Positions 10,489 to 20,632 of a stretch of DNA of 64,000 bases are shown here, one piece after another. Source of the stretch: Aquificaceae bacterium. GTDB lineage: Bacteria > Aquificota > Aquificia > Aquificales > Aquificaceae. Location: NCBI GenBank assembly GCA_041640635.1, contig JBEPZX010000008.1:1-64000 (forward strand), in the 5' to 3' direction. The notes under the pieces were generated by a model, which made no database searches, was not told the DNA's origin, and worked only from the letters and a program-made list of their open reading frames with translations. The translations under genes and the position numbers were made by a program. Numbering within the stretch: the stretch's first letter is position 1; each line of letters opens with the position of its first letter.

Positions 10489-10516
10489 TTTGCAAGTCAG
10501 AATGATGCTTTATAAT
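10489..10516 (+). promoter_or_regulatory. putative sigma70 promoter of chemotaxis operon
   Basis: TTTGCA-16 nt-TATAAT (10511-10516) upstream of cheZ. Confidence 0.4.
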
Positions 10517-10556
10517 TATAGTATTGATAGTATTAGAAAGTCATGGATGGTGAAAA

Positions 10557-11132
10557 ATGAGTGGGAGGCACCTTAGTATGACAGATGTTAAAGAGCTTAT
10601 AAAAAGCCTAATATCTGAAGTAAGAACCATAGAGAACTTGCTAGAGGAAACCATGAAACCTTTAGAAGAAACTAGCAATATACTACCTGGAGCAAGTGGA
10701 AGTTTAGAAGATGTTATAAAGTATACAGAGCAAGCTGTACATCAAATTATGGACCTCTTAGAACAAACGAGCCAAAATTGCCAAACTATATCAGAAAATT
10801 TGAATTACCTTATAAACTTAAACCCCACTTCATCTATATTGAAAAGACTAGAACTTATAAAAGAGAAGAATGATGATAATTTATCAAAAATTTTGAATAT
10901 TATGAGTCTCATGTCCTTTCAAGACATATCCAGTCAACAAATAAGAAAAGTAATACAAGTTATAGAAGATGTAAAGAAAACTATACTCAAGATGATAATT
11001 TCTTCCGTAGACAAAACAGTATCTAGCCAGGAAGAAAAACAGAAGATTGTAAGTAAAGCTACTGAAATGCTTACAGGTGACAGAATATTCCAAGAAGATG
11101 TCGATGCTTTGCTTAAAGAATTAGGTTTGTAG
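10557..11132 (+). CDS. cheZ: CheZ-family phosphatase
   Basis: TEQA..IMD, FQDISSQQIRKVI catalytic motif, C-terminal QEDVDALLKELGL. Confidence 0.9.
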   Translation: MSGRHLSMTDVKELIKSLISEVRTIENLLEETMKPLEETSNILPGASGSLEDVIKYTEQAVHQIMDLLEQTSQNCQTISENLNYLINLNPTSSILKRLELIKEKNDDNLSKILNIMSLMSFQDISSQQIRKVIQVIEDVKKTILKMIISSVDKTVSSQEEKQKIVSKATEMLTGDRIFQEDVDALLKELGL

Positions 11133-11142
11133 GAGGTTATTT

Positions 11143-11538
11143 ATGGGCATGCCACCGACCAATATAAAAATCCTTACAGTTGATGACATGAGCACAATGA
11201 GAAAAATTATAAGAACTATATTAAGCCAGCTTGGTTATAACAATGTAGAGGAGGCAGGGGATGGTAAGGAAGCTTTATTCAAACTTAAAGCAACAAAGTT
11301 CGATCTAGTACTTCTAGACTGGAACATGCCCCAAATGGATGGAATTACATTATTAAAAGAGATTAGAAATGATCCACAGCTTAAAGATGTTCCTGTAATA
11401 ATGGTGACTGCGGAAGCCAAAAAAGAAAATGTTTTGGCAGCCATTCAAGCAGGTGCAAACAATTACATAGTGAAACCTTTTACACCTGAAGTGCTAAAAG
11501 AAAAAATAGAAAAAGTTTGGACAAGTTTAGGTAAATAA
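11143..11538 (+). CDS. cheY: chemotaxis response regulator CheY
   Basis: VDD, DWNMP, MVTAEA, YIVKPF. Confidence 0.95.
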   Translation: MGMPPTNIKILTVDDMSTMRKIIRTILSQLGYNNVEEAGDGKEALFKLKATKFDLVLLDWNMPQMDGITLLKEIRNDPQLKDVPVIMVTAEAKKENVLAAIQAGANNYIVKPFTPEVLKEKIEKVWTSLGK

Positions 11539-11554
11539 AAACGGAGGTGTAGAC

Positions 11555-11827
11555 ATGCAAAAGGAGGAGGTAATAGCAGAATTGCAAAAAGAGCTAGAAA
11601 AACTTAAAGAAGTTTCCAATGTGTTAGACAGATCAGCTAAGCAGACTAATCTATTAGCTCTTAATGCTGTGATAGAAGCCGCTCGTGTCGGAGAGATGGG
11701 TAAAGGATTTTCAGTTGTAGCTGCAGAGTTTAGAAAAATTGCAGACAGGTCTAATAAGATAGCCAATGATGTCAAATCAATAGTTGCAAACGTAGAAAGT
11801 TCACTAAAAGCGTTAATGGAGGATTAA
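11555..11827 (+). CDS. 90-aa mini chemoreceptor (signalling tip only)
   Basis: [27 protein letters not shown]; own SD GGAGG. Confidence 0.85.
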   Translation: MQKEEVIAELQKELEKLKEVSNVLDRSAKQTNLLALNAVIEAARVGEMGKGFSVVAAEFRKIADRSNKIANDVKSIVANVESSLKALMED

Positions 11828-11828
11828 C

Positions 11829-12776
11829 ATGAGTTCTTATTCCATACCAGAAATTCTACAAACGGGGTCGAATGAGCTTGAAGTAGTCAATTTTAGAATA
11901 TACGAAGACAGACCGGACGGACTTTACGAGTGGATACTTGGAGTGAATGTTGCTAAAGTTAGAGAGGTTTTGAGAACTCCTACAATAACTCGTGTTCCCA
12001 ACATGCCTCCTGCTGTTGAGGGCATGACAGAAGTTAGGGGCGAACTTATGCCTGTAGTTAGTCTTGCCAAATGGATGGGTATAGATGAACCTCCAGAAAG
12101 AAAAAAGTATATGCTGCATTTTGAATTTTTAAGGGAACATGTTGGAGTTATAGTACACAATGCCAAGCGTATTATGCGTATATCTTGGGCAGACATAAAA
12201 AAACCGCCTGAATCCATGAATGTAAAGTTAGGTGGTAGGATAATTGGTGTAGTTGATACCGAAGAAGGTATGCTTTTAATACTAGATTTCGAAGGTATTC
12301 TGAACGATATGGGACTCTTAAAAATATTTGGTCTTGAAGAAGCAAAGGAAATGGCTAAGCATGAAACAAAACACTATACCATACTAGTTGCTGAAGATTC
12401 TTCCGTTGCACGTAAAATAATAACAGATATTCTCGAGAGTGCAGGGCATAAAGTCTTAGCTTACGAAAATGGTAAAGAAGCTTGGGAAAAACTCAACCAA
12501 ATGCTACAGCAAGCTCAAAGTGAAGGAAAGAATATTAAAGATTATATACAAGTAGTTTTTACAGATATAGAGATGCCACAAATGGATGGTCTTACTCTAA
12601 CTAGACTCATAAAAAACTCTCCTGGTCTCATGCACTTGCCCGTTATAATTAACACAACTCTGTCGGATGAGGCAAACAAGCAAAAGGCATCCACTGTCGG
12701 TGCAGATGCTTTTCTTGTAAAATTTGACGCAAAGGAAATGTTAGCACTTGTAGATAAGATAGGGGGGAGATCATGA
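11829..12776 (+). CDS. cheV: CheV (CheW + receiver)
   Basis: GVNVAKVREV CheW domain; AEDS, TDIEMP, VKFD receiver. Confidence 0.93.
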   Translation: MSSYSIPEILQTGSNELEVVNFRIYEDRPDGLYEWILGVNVAKVREVLRTPTITRVPNMPPAVEGMTEVRGELMPVVSLAKWMGIDEPPERKKYMLHFEFLREHVGVIVHNAKRIMRISWADIKKPPESMNVKLGGRIIGVVDTEEGMLLILDFEGILNDMGLLKIFGLEEAKEMAKHETKHYTILVAEDSSVARKIITDILESAGHKVLAYENGKEAWEKLNQMLQQAQSEGKNIKDYIQVVFTDIEMPQMDGLTLTRLIKNSPGLMHLPVIINTTLSDEANKQKASTVGADAFLVKFDAKEMLALVDKIGGRS

Positions 12777-14734
12777 TACCAGAAGAAATGAGAGAGATAT
12801 TTGAAGAATTTGTGGTTGAGGCAAAAGAGCATCTTGATAACCTTGAGCAAAGACTTATAGAGATGGAGAAAGGAGCAACAGATGAAAACACCTTGAATGC
12901 TGCATTTAGAAGTATGCACACAATTAAAGGCGGTGCGGGATTTCTAGGTTTAACACCTATAGTAGAGGTTGCTCACGCTGCTGAAGATCTGCTAGGACTT
13001 CTCAGAAGTGGTAATATCTCTTTTTCTTCAGAGATAAATGATGTTTTACTTAGAGCGGTGGATTATATAAGGTTCGCCATAGACCAAATATCTTTAGGTA
13101 ATGAAGTAGAAATTGATGAAAATCTCATTTCGGACATTAAATTAGCTGCAAGCTCTAAACCTAAAGGCAGTGAACCTCCTAAGGAAAAAACACTAGAAGA
13201 ACTCCTAGATGAACATGGATTTTCACATCTTAAAGGGAAACCTATAGAAGATATCCTAGAAGAGCTTGTTTTATTACCACCTGACAAAAGACCTATGGAT
13301 ATAGTAAAGGCTATAGAGGAACTTATAGAAACAACAAAGGTAGAAAGTAGATCATTGGACATAGAACAGGATGTTGAAGAAGAAGCCAACGAAATGATGA
13401 TAAAGTATGCACAGATAGGTATCTTGGGAGAGGAAGCAGAAAAGGCAGTTGAAGAAGAGAAAAAAGAGGAAAGTTATACTCCCATACAAGAAACAAAACA
13501 ACAGCAAGTAGTATCAAAACATAAGAAAGAAACAAAGGAAGAAGAAGGAGAAAAGGTGCTTCGTATCGATGTTTCCAAGATAGAAACTTTGATGAACCTT
13601 GTAGGTGAACTAGTTTTGGAAAGAAATAGATTGCTAAGATCTGTAGAAACACTTTCTCAAGAACAATCTTCAAAAGTCATAGAAGAGTTAGGCTCTATAG
13701 TGTCATCGCTAGATCGTATAGTCGGTGATTTACAAATAGCTGTAATGAAAACCCGTATGCAGCCAGTCAAAAAACTTTTTCAAAAATTTCCAAGAGTCGT
13801 TAGGGACCTTTCTAGAATGTTAAACAAAGAGGCAGAGTTAATAATAGAAGGGGAAGATACCGAAATGGATAAAAGCTTAATGGAAAAGTTAGAAGATCCA
13901 TTGATACATCTTTTAAGAAATGCCATAGACCACGGTATAGAAAACCCAGATGAAAGAGAACGGCTAGGTAAAAAACGAGTAGCCCAAATAAAACTGAGAG
14001 CTTACTACCAAGGCGATAGGGTGTTTATCTCTGTAGAAGATGATGGAAGAGGTATAGATGTAGAAAAAGTAAAGAGAAAAGCTCTAGAAAAAGGATTGGT
14101 AAGTCAGGAGTCTTTAGATAAAATGACACAGAAAGAAATTTTCTCTCTCATATTCAATCCTGGTTTTTCTACAGCAGATACAGTATCCGAAGTATCAGGC
14201 AGAGGTGTAGGAATGGATGTGGTAATGACCACAGTTACCTCCTTCCGAGGTTCCATAGATATATGGAGTGAAAAAAACAAGGGAACGCGTGTAACTATGA
14301 GCTTCCCACTCACCATAGGTATAATCAAGTCCTTAATAGTAAGGCTTAGCAATAGACTCTTTGCAATACCCATATACTCGGTAGTAGAGATAGTTAGCGG
14401 AGACGAAGCCCAAATGGTTAACCTTTCTGGAGAGCAAGCATTGGCACTAAGGGGAATGACAATACCATTAATTAATCTAGGAGAGGTTCTAGGCGTTCCA
14501 CAAGAAAGAGTAGGTTATGTAGTAGTCTGTATGTTGGCAAACAGAAAAGTGGCTATCACTGTAGAGGACATGATAGGAGATGAAGAAATTGTTATAAAGC
14601 CTTTAGGTAGAGTGTTTGGAGATGTAAATGGTATATCTGGAGCTACAATAACAGGAGATGGAAGCATAGTTCTAATTTTAGATCCTGTAGGTCTCTTGAA
14701 AGTGATATCCAATGAAATAAGCGTAGAAGTATAG
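12773..14734 (+). CDS. cheA: chemotaxis histidine kinase CheA
   Basis: P1 FRSMHTIKG, HLLRNAIDHG, DDGRG, SGRGVGMDVV, C-terminal CheW domain. Confidence 0.97.
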   Translation: MIPEEMREIFEEFVVEAKEHLDNLEQRLIEMEKGATDENTLNAAFRSMHTIKGGAGFLGLTPIVEVAHAAEDLLGLLRSGNISFSSEINDVLLRAVDYIRFAIDQISLGNEVEIDENLISDIKLAASSKPKGSEPPKEKTLEELLDEHGFSHLKGKPIEDILEELVLLPPDKRPMDIVKAIEELIETTKVESRSLDIEQDVEEEANEMMIKYAQIGILGEEAEKAVEEEKKEESYTPIQETKQQQVVSKHKKETKEEEGEKVLRIDVSKIETLMNLVGELVLERNRLLRSVETLSQEQSSKVIEELGSIVSSLDRIVGDLQIAVMKTRMQPVKKLFQKFPRVVRDLSRMLNKEAELIIEGEDTEMDKSLMEKLEDPLIHLLRNAIDHGIENPDERERLGKKRVAQIKLRAYYQGDRVFISVEDDGRGIDVEKVKRKALEKGLVSQESLDKMTQKEIFSLIFNPGFSTADTVSEVSGRGVGMDVVMTTVTSFRGSIDIWSEKNKGTRVTMSFPLTIGIIKSLIVRLSNRLFAIPIYSVVEIVSGDEAQMVNLSGEQALALRGMTIPLINLGEVLGVPQERVGYVVVCMLANRKVAITVEDMIGDEEIVIKPLGRVFGDVNGISGATITGDGSIVLILDPVGLLKVISNEISVEV

Positions 14735-14745
14735 GAGGGGCAAAA

Positions 14746-15213
14746 ATGGCAGATATAGTAATAGCACAGACGCAAACAGTAAAAGGTATGGAAAAAATAA
14801 GAAAATATCTGGAATTCCTGGGATTAACTCTTGAGGATGATTTATTTGGAATTCCATTAAAGGAAGTCAGGGAAATACATAAATATTTAGACATAGTTCC
14901 CGTGCCTTTTTCTTCTCCTAATATAAAAGGTATAATTAATGTAAGAGGCGAAATAATCCCTGTACTAGATATAAAGCGAATGCTAAGACTTAGAGAAACA
15001 AAAGAGAGCCAAAGAATTGTAATAGTTGATACAAAGTTAGGCAAAATAGGTATATTGGCGGATATGATAAACGGTGTTATACGAGTAGAGGAAGACAAAA
15101 TAGAACCCAACCCTATGGTAGGAAAATATAGTGTGTTTGTAAGAAATGTGGCACAAATTGAGGATAAGCTCTTGGGTATAATTGATATCGATAAGGTGTT
15201 AGAAAAGGTATGA
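14746..15213 (+). CDS. cheW: CheW adaptor
   Basis: VREI, GIINVRGEIIPVLD. Confidence 0.93.
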   Translation: MADIVIAQTQTVKGMEKIRKYLEFLGLTLEDDLFGIPLKEVREIHKYLDIVPVPFSSPNIKGIINVRGEIIPVLDIKRMLRLRETKESQRIVIVDTKLGKIGILADMINGVIRVEEDKIEPNPMVGKYSVFVRNVAQIEDKLLGIIDIDKVLEKV

Positions 15214-15737
15214 AAACCTTTTACTATAGCGTATTTGACTACTTTTACGAAAAGCGGTTATCCTTATTCCAGTCTATGTTTTATACGCTTTACGATAAAT
15301 ATGGGAAAAATGGTAATACAGAAGCATTTATAAGTGAGTGGTTTGATAGCTACACTTTGAGTAAACTCCTAAGGTATTTCCCATTAAGTGATCTAATCCA
15401 TTATTATTCCATATACATTAAACATAAGAGGAAAGTTATCAGATCCTACATTTGGACCTATTGGGCATTTTGCCAAGCACCACAGAAATATACACAGAAG
15501 ATAAAGGAGTCAATGAAGTTTTTCAACTTGGAAGATATAGATGAATTTCAAATAAAACGAAGGTATAGGCAACTAGTCAAAAGGTATCATCCAGATGTAT
15601 GTAAGGATCGTGAGTTAGCACACAAACAAATGCTTTTGATAAACTATCATTATCAAGTTCTTACATCTTATGTAGAATCTTTGAAAAAACGCACTGGGAG
15701 GTTAGGAAATGTTTTGGAAAAAGAACAACAAAAATAG
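15210..15737 (+). CDS. C-terminal J-domain protein (class C)
   Basis: [23 protein letters not shown]. Confidence 0.8.
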   Translation: MKTFYYSVFDYFYEKRLSLFQSMFYTLYDKYGKNGNTEAFISEWFDSYTLSKLLRYFPLSDLIHYYSIYIKHKRKVIRSYIWTYWAFCQAPQKYTQKIKESMKFFNLEDIDEFQIKRRYRQLVKRYHPDVCKDRELAHKQMLLINYHYQVLTSYVESLKKRTGRLGNVLEKEQQK

Positions 15738-16992
15738 CGTAAACTTAAAAGATAGCAGTGCAATTGTTGATGTTTTAAGGAAATTCTCAAAAGGAGATCT
15801 ATCCTTAAGACTAGAAGGGGAAATCTCCAATACTATAGTGGGTGAAGAGATAAACAATCTTCTAGATACTTTCCAAGCTTTCGTAGAGACTGTCTTGAGT
15901 ATTTCCCAGGATCCAAATGCGTATACTGAAGAAATGCCTGGTGAATGGGGAAGTATTTTGGGAAAGATTAGACAAAATATGCAACGTATGTGTGTAGATA
16001 AGGAAGATTTATATGAATCCAAAACTCTCCTACGGCTTGATAAACTAAATCAAGAGAACTTACCAAGGAAACTTCGAGATATACAATCAAGCATGGTAAA
16101 AGCTTTTGAAGAAGCTAAGAGCGTTATTCAACACGCGCAAGATAATATAAAATCAGCGGAGGAGTCATCTTCTATGGTTTCCGAAGTTGTAAATACACTA
16201 GACTTGACCAAGAGAGACATGGAAGATATGGAAGTTTCAGCAAAGAAGATAGAAGAATCAAGTAAATTTATAAACAAAGCTTTAGATTTGATAATGGATA
16301 TAACAGAACAGACTAATTTGCTAGCACTCAACGCAGCGATAGAAGCCGCTAGAGCTGGCGAGCTTGGTAGAGGATTTGCCGTTGTTGCAGATGAAGTAAG
16401 GAAACTCGCAGAAAGAGCCAGATCTGCAGCAGAAGAAATAGCTCAAACAGTAAATGAATTCCAAAAGTACACAGGGCAAATGATAAAGCAGTTTTCAACA
16501 TTAGAGAATCGTATATATAATGTATCGCAAAAAACAAAGGATTTTCATATAGTATTTAAAAATCTCGAAAATGGAACAAGATTGATGATGGATAAGGTGA
16601 GCTATAGTAAAGATCTTGTATTCAGCAATCTAATAAAAATAGACCATCTTCTATACATAAGTAATGCTTATTTGAGTATAAGCAAGAAAGGTAACGCAGA
16701 AGAAGTCAAATTCGTAGATGTGGATCACCATAGTTGCAGACTGGGTAAGTGTTACTACGAAGGTGAGTGTAAAGTGCTGTTTGGACACACCAAAGCTTAC
16801 AAACAATTGGAGCATCCACACAGCTTAGTACATGAAGGAGCAAGAAGAGCTGTCCATATTGCCAAAGGAGACTGGAAGGATGAGAATATTAGGGAAGACA
16901 TAGTCAAGAATATGGAAGAATCCGAAAAAGCATCCCATCAAGTCATGGATCTATTGAGCGCTATGGTAGAAGAAAAACATGGAAAAGCTTGA
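15709..16992 (+). CDS. soluble chemoreceptor with C-terminal CZB zinc-binding domain
   Basis: MCP tip [38 protein letters not shown]; no TM segment. Confidence 0.9.
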   Translation: MFWKKNNKNSVNLKDSSAIVDVLRKFSKGDLSLRLEGEISNTIVGEEINNLLDTFQAFVETVLSISQDPNAYTEEMPGEWGSILGKIRQNMQRMCVDKEDLYESKTLLRLDKLNQENLPRKLRDIQSSMVKAFEEAKSVIQHAQDNIKSAEESSSMVSEVVNTLDLTKRDMEDMEVSAKKIEESSKFINKALDLIMDITEQTNLLALNAAIEAARAGELGRGFAVVADEVRKLAERARSAAEEIAQTVNEFQKYTGQMIKQFSTLENRIYNVSQKTKDFHIVFKNLENGTRLMMDKVSYSKDLVFSNLIKIDHLLYISNAYLSISKKGNAEEVKFVDVDHHSCRLGKCYYEGECKVLFGHTKAYKQLEHPHSLVHEGARRAVHIAKGDWKDENIREDIVKNMEESEKASHQVMDLLSAMVEEKHGKA

Positions 16993-17965
16993 TATACACG
17001 TACTTGGATCTGATCAACGTATAGTTAGGTGCGCAAGAGTCTCTTTTGGGAAAGATGAACATCTAGATATCCAAAGAGACAAAAAACTTATAAAGTATTT
17101 GTTAGATAACAAACATATGTCCCCTTTTGAGCATGTAATAATTGCTTTTAAGGCAGACAAGAAAAATTGGCTAGATTTAGTAAGTTTTTCTGCCGATAAT
17201 CCCACGCTTCAGATCTACTATGGTAACAACTATGTATGGCTAAACTTAAGAAACTTAATGAACTTATTGAGATTTAACAACCTCCCTCTGATAATGAAGG
17301 ATGTTTTAGAATACGTGAAAAACAGACTTCCAACTACCTTTGCCGTGCTGGAAGGCAAAGATATAGACAAAGCCCAATATACATTGGATGAGAGTTACTT
17401 AGAAGAGAAAATAGAAACACCAGCTGGTTGGGTTGGACTGGTTAGTAAATTGGAGCTTGGCACATTAATGGATCACTACACCTTTGTCGTAGAGTGTCCC
17501 ATATTCGTAGCACGCCAATGGCACAGGCATCGCTTTGGGTCTTATAACGAAGTCTCCAGACGTTATGTGTCTTACGAACCAACTTTCTATATACCCGAAT
17601 ATATACGAAAACAATCTAAAAGTAATAAGCAAGCTTCGTTAGAAGAAGCCATAGAAGAATCGGGACATCTTATTGAAAGAATTAAAAACCTTGTGTCTCA
17701 GTCGTTGAGCCTATATAAAGATATAATCTCAAAAGATGGAGCAAGAGAAATAGCCAGGGGTGTATTGCCACAGTTTATGAAGACACGATTCTATTGGACT
17801 GTTCCAAGAGTAAGCTTAGATAATTTCTTGAGTTTGAGAACACACCAGCACGCTCAAAAAGAAATAAGGGAGATGGCATTTGCCATAAAAGAGATGGTAG
17901 GCTACAAGGGGACGGACAGAGGAGTATGCACAAAAGGGGAACTTCCATTGCAGAACTACTATTAG
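16979..17965 (+). CDS. thyX: FAD-dependent thymidylate synthase (extended form)
   Basis: [42 protein letters not shown]. Confidence 0.93.
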   Translation: MEKLDIHVLGSDQRIVRCARVSFGKDEHLDIQRDKKLIKYLLDNKHMSPFEHVIIAFKADKKNWLDLVSFSADNPTLQIYYGNNYVWLNLRNLMNLLRFNNLPLIMKDVLEYVKNRLPTTFAVLEGKDIDKAQYTLDESYLEEKIETPAGWVGLVSKLELGTLMDHYTFVVECPIFVARQWHRHRFGSYNEVSRRYVSYEPTFYIPEYIRKQSKSNKQASLEEAIEESGHLIERIKNLVSQSLSLYKDIISKDGAREIARGVLPQFMKTRFYWTVPRVSLDNFLSLRTHQHAQKEIREMAFAIKEMVGYKGTDRGVCTKGELPLQNYY

Positions 17966-18459
17966 CATTGGTAATTATAGCTTTGCTTGGAGCCATATCT
18001 TACAAGAAACTCTCCGATCTAGCTATGGAATATAGATTACGATCAGCTGTGGATAAAGTGCAAAGCGATATAATCCAAATGAAAACTTACTCGATTATGA
18101 AAGAAAATCTTTGGGGCATTAGATTAGAACCTGGTAGGAGCTGCTACGTAATCTTCGAAGACAGAGATAGAAACTGTAGGTTAGGAAACGGAAGCGTTGG
18201 AGATCAGAACTGTATATATAACAATGTTCAAGTGTATCCAAACTGTCACGATCCAACGATAGATTGTATTCTTATAGTTAAGTTGCCAAATGGAATACAA
18301 AGCAGTCTAGATAGGAGCATTGTGTTTGACAAAAAAGGATATCCAAGAAATGCTATATGTGGGCTAGGTATGAACACTGTTAGATTGGTAAATCTTAGGG
18401 GGAGAAAAGGAGATGTAATAGTAGATAGGTATGGAAGAATAAGAATTGTGTATCAATAA
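17926..18459 (+). CDS. FimT/GspH-like minor prepilin
   Basis: [19 protein letters not shown] type III signal; FDKKGYP; several Cys. Confidence 0.75.
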   Translation: MHKRGTSIAELLLALVIIALLGAISYKKLSDLAMEYRLRSAVDKVQSDIIQMKTYSIMKENLWGIRLEPGRSCYVIFEDRDRNCRLGNGSVGDQNCIYNNVQVYPNCHDPTIDCILIVKLPNGIQSSLDRSIVFDKKGYPRNAICGLGMNTVRLVNLRGRKGDVIVDRYGRIRIVYQ

Positions 18460-18473
18460 TCTTATTAAAAGAG

Positions 18474-19217
18474 TTAGGTATTACCAAAAACGTAAGAAAC
18501 GTTTCTGAGTCTATCTCTTACCGTTTTCAATTCCTCTTCCAAATCACTCAAATCATCCTTTGGAATCCAGTGGTTTACATTGATTCTTTGCATAATTTCT
18601 CTACCTTCTGTATCTGTAGACATATTCATTAGTACTTCCAGAACCTCGTCCCTTTTATAAAGCTCGGGATTTACCATAATGTAATGAGAATGGTTACCTT
18701 CCCTAAAAGAGATTGTCTCTATATTGGCTTTAACTAAGTTAGACATTCTATCAAAATAGTCTTTATACAGTATTGAAACCACACTTTCTGTGTTAAGTAC
18801 TTCCTTCACGCATAGTTCCCAAGAGTCTTTGAATAGTATGTTTACTTTAGGCAGGTCTTCAACAAGATCTGAAAGTATGTGTAGACCGAGAACATGAGCA
18901 TATGTATTGTTTACAGAACACACGGTATGAAAATCTATATTAGTATTAACTTTTTTTACTAGATAAGCTGAATCTCTATTGTCTGTACCTACGACTACTT
19001 CAAATCCAGATTTCCACAGCCTAAAAGCATCCAACGGATTTGCGTAAACGATACCACAATCATACATGATAGTCCTAAACACATTAAAACTTCCACCTGT
19101 CCTTTGGTATGAAAGCTGTTTGTCTAACTTTCTAGATAGGTATACTACAAAATCTATCCAATTAGCTTTATTCTTTGGCGTAGCATCATGTGGGCACACT
19201 GTCATGTACTTTGCCAT
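18474..19217 (-). CDS. PhnD/phosphonate-binding-protein-like protein without signal peptide
   Basis: VCPHD, YLSRKL, IVYANP pattern; start 19217 follows SD AGGAGG. Confidence 0.6.
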   Translation of the reverse strand: MAKYMTVCPHDATPKNKANWIDFVVYLSRKLDKQLSYQRTGGSFNVFRTIMYDCGIVYANPLDAFRLWKSGFEVVVGTDNRDSAYLVKKVNTNIDFHTVCSVNNTYAHVLGLHILSDLVEDLPKVNILFKDSWELCVKEVLNTESVVSILYKDYFDRMSNLVKANIETISFREGNHSHYIMVNPELYKRDEVLEVLMNMSTDTEGREIMQRINVNHWIPKDDLSDLEEELKTVRDRLRNVSYVFGNT

Positions 19218-19285
19218 GTTTCTTCCTCCTGAAAACATAACAGCTCAATATTATACAAACTTTAATGTTAAGGAAATGTTAAGAT

Positions 19286-19627
19286 TTACACCTCTATTTC
19301 AATACTTTTTAGATATAGCTCATCTCCAGATACAAGGCTGGAAGGCTGATTACATACGGGACATAGTGTATTGAGTTCTTCTTTGTGAAATTCCCTTTCG
19401 CAACGATTACAGTACACTTTAATAGGAGCTCTTTCTATAATCAACTCAGCGTTTTTTGCAATTGTTCCCTCTTTGAAGGTATCGAAAGCCATCTTCAAAA
19501 GATGAGGCTCCGCACCAGAGAAAGGTCCAATTAGAACAACAACCTTCTCAACGCTTTTGGCATTCTCCTTTTTTGCGTAACTTTCTATCAAAGATAGCAA
19601 ACTTTGAACTATGGAAAACTCGTGCAT
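19286..19627 (-). CDS. hypA: hydrogenase nickel chaperone HypA
   Basis: MHE, two CxxC, SGDELY. Confidence 0.96.
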   Translation of the reverse strand: MHEFSIVQSLLSLIESYAKKENAKSVEKVVVLIGPFSGAEPHLLKMAFDTFKEGTIAKNAELIIERAPIKVYCNRCEREFHKEELNTLCPVCNQPSSLVSGDELYLKSIEIEV

Positions 19628-20622
19628 CAGCAGATCCTAGGCAGTAGTATACCAGAAGGTGGTTCCATAAGACGCCTTACACCGTAAGGGTTCTTTACTA
19701 TCACCTTTGGTTTTTGAGACTTACCGACAACTTTACCTATAATGGAAGGCTTTTCCGCAAGTGGATGGTTCTTCATGATTTCCATAAGTCTTTCTTCGTA
19801 GCCACTCTCCACTATAAAGACCATTCGACCTTCACATGCAAGGTGTAAGGGATCGATGCCTAAAAACTCACACAGTCCAAGAACGGAGCTTCTTACAGGT
19901 ATACGCTCTTCTTCAACCTCTATATCCACATAAGAAGCTCTTGCCATCTCATAAAGGACGCTAGCCAACCCACCCCTTGTTGGATCCCTCATAGCTTTTA
20001 CTTTCACACCTCCCTCTATAACATCCTTTACCAATGACCAAAGAGAGGCGCAATCACTTTGAAGGTCTACATCAAAGTTTTCTCTCTCCGCCAGTATACA
20101 TGCTCCATGATCTCCCAAATATCCAGAAACCGCTATCACATCACCTTCCTGTAAGCTATCCGAAGAAAGACCATAGTAAATCACTTCACCTATACCGGAA
20201 GTAGATAAAACTATACCTTTTAATGTACCAGCAGGCATTACCTTAGTATCTCCCGCAACCACCAAAATCCCAGTCTTTTGAGCTTCAGATCTCAGATCAT
20301 CCACGATCTTTTCCAAATCCCCTATGGGAAAACCCTCTTCTATAACGAAAGAAACGCTCATATACAAAGGTTTTGCTCCCATAGCAGCAAGGTCGTTAAC
20401 GGTACCTGCAACGGCAAGTTTTCCTATGCTTCCTCCTTTAAAGAAGTATGGACTGACAGTAAAGGCATCCGTTGTGTAGGCTATCTTAGATGGTACATTG
20501 AGTATGGAAGCATCCTCGAGCTTGTCCAGGTAAGGGTTAGAAAGACGCTTTAAGAAAACTTTTTTTACTATCTCATAACTCTCCTCACCGCCACCACCAT
20601 GCGTAATGGTTACTCTATCCAT
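19627..20622 (-). CDS. hypE: hydrogenase maturation protein HypE
   Basis: HGGGG, GTVNDL, GDTKV, RDPTRGG, C-terminal PRIC. Confidence 0.97.
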   Translation of the reverse strand: MDRVTITHGGGGEESYEIVKKVFLKRLSNPYLDKLEDASILNVPSKIAYTTDAFTVSPYFFKGGSIGKLAVAGTVNDLAAMGAKPLYMSVSFVIEEGFPIGDLEKIVDDLRSEAQKTGILVVAGDTKVMPAGTLKGIVLSTSGIGEVIYYGLSSDSLQEGDVIAVSGYLGDHGACILAERENFDVDLQSDCASLWSLVKDVIEGGVKVKAMRDPTRGGLASVLYEMARASYVDIEVEEERIPVRSSVLGLCEFLGIDPLHLACEGRMVFIVESGYEERLMEIMKNHPLAEKPSIIGKVVGKSQKPKVIVKNPYGVRRLMEPPSGILLPRIC

Positions 20623-20632
20623 TTCCTACCTC

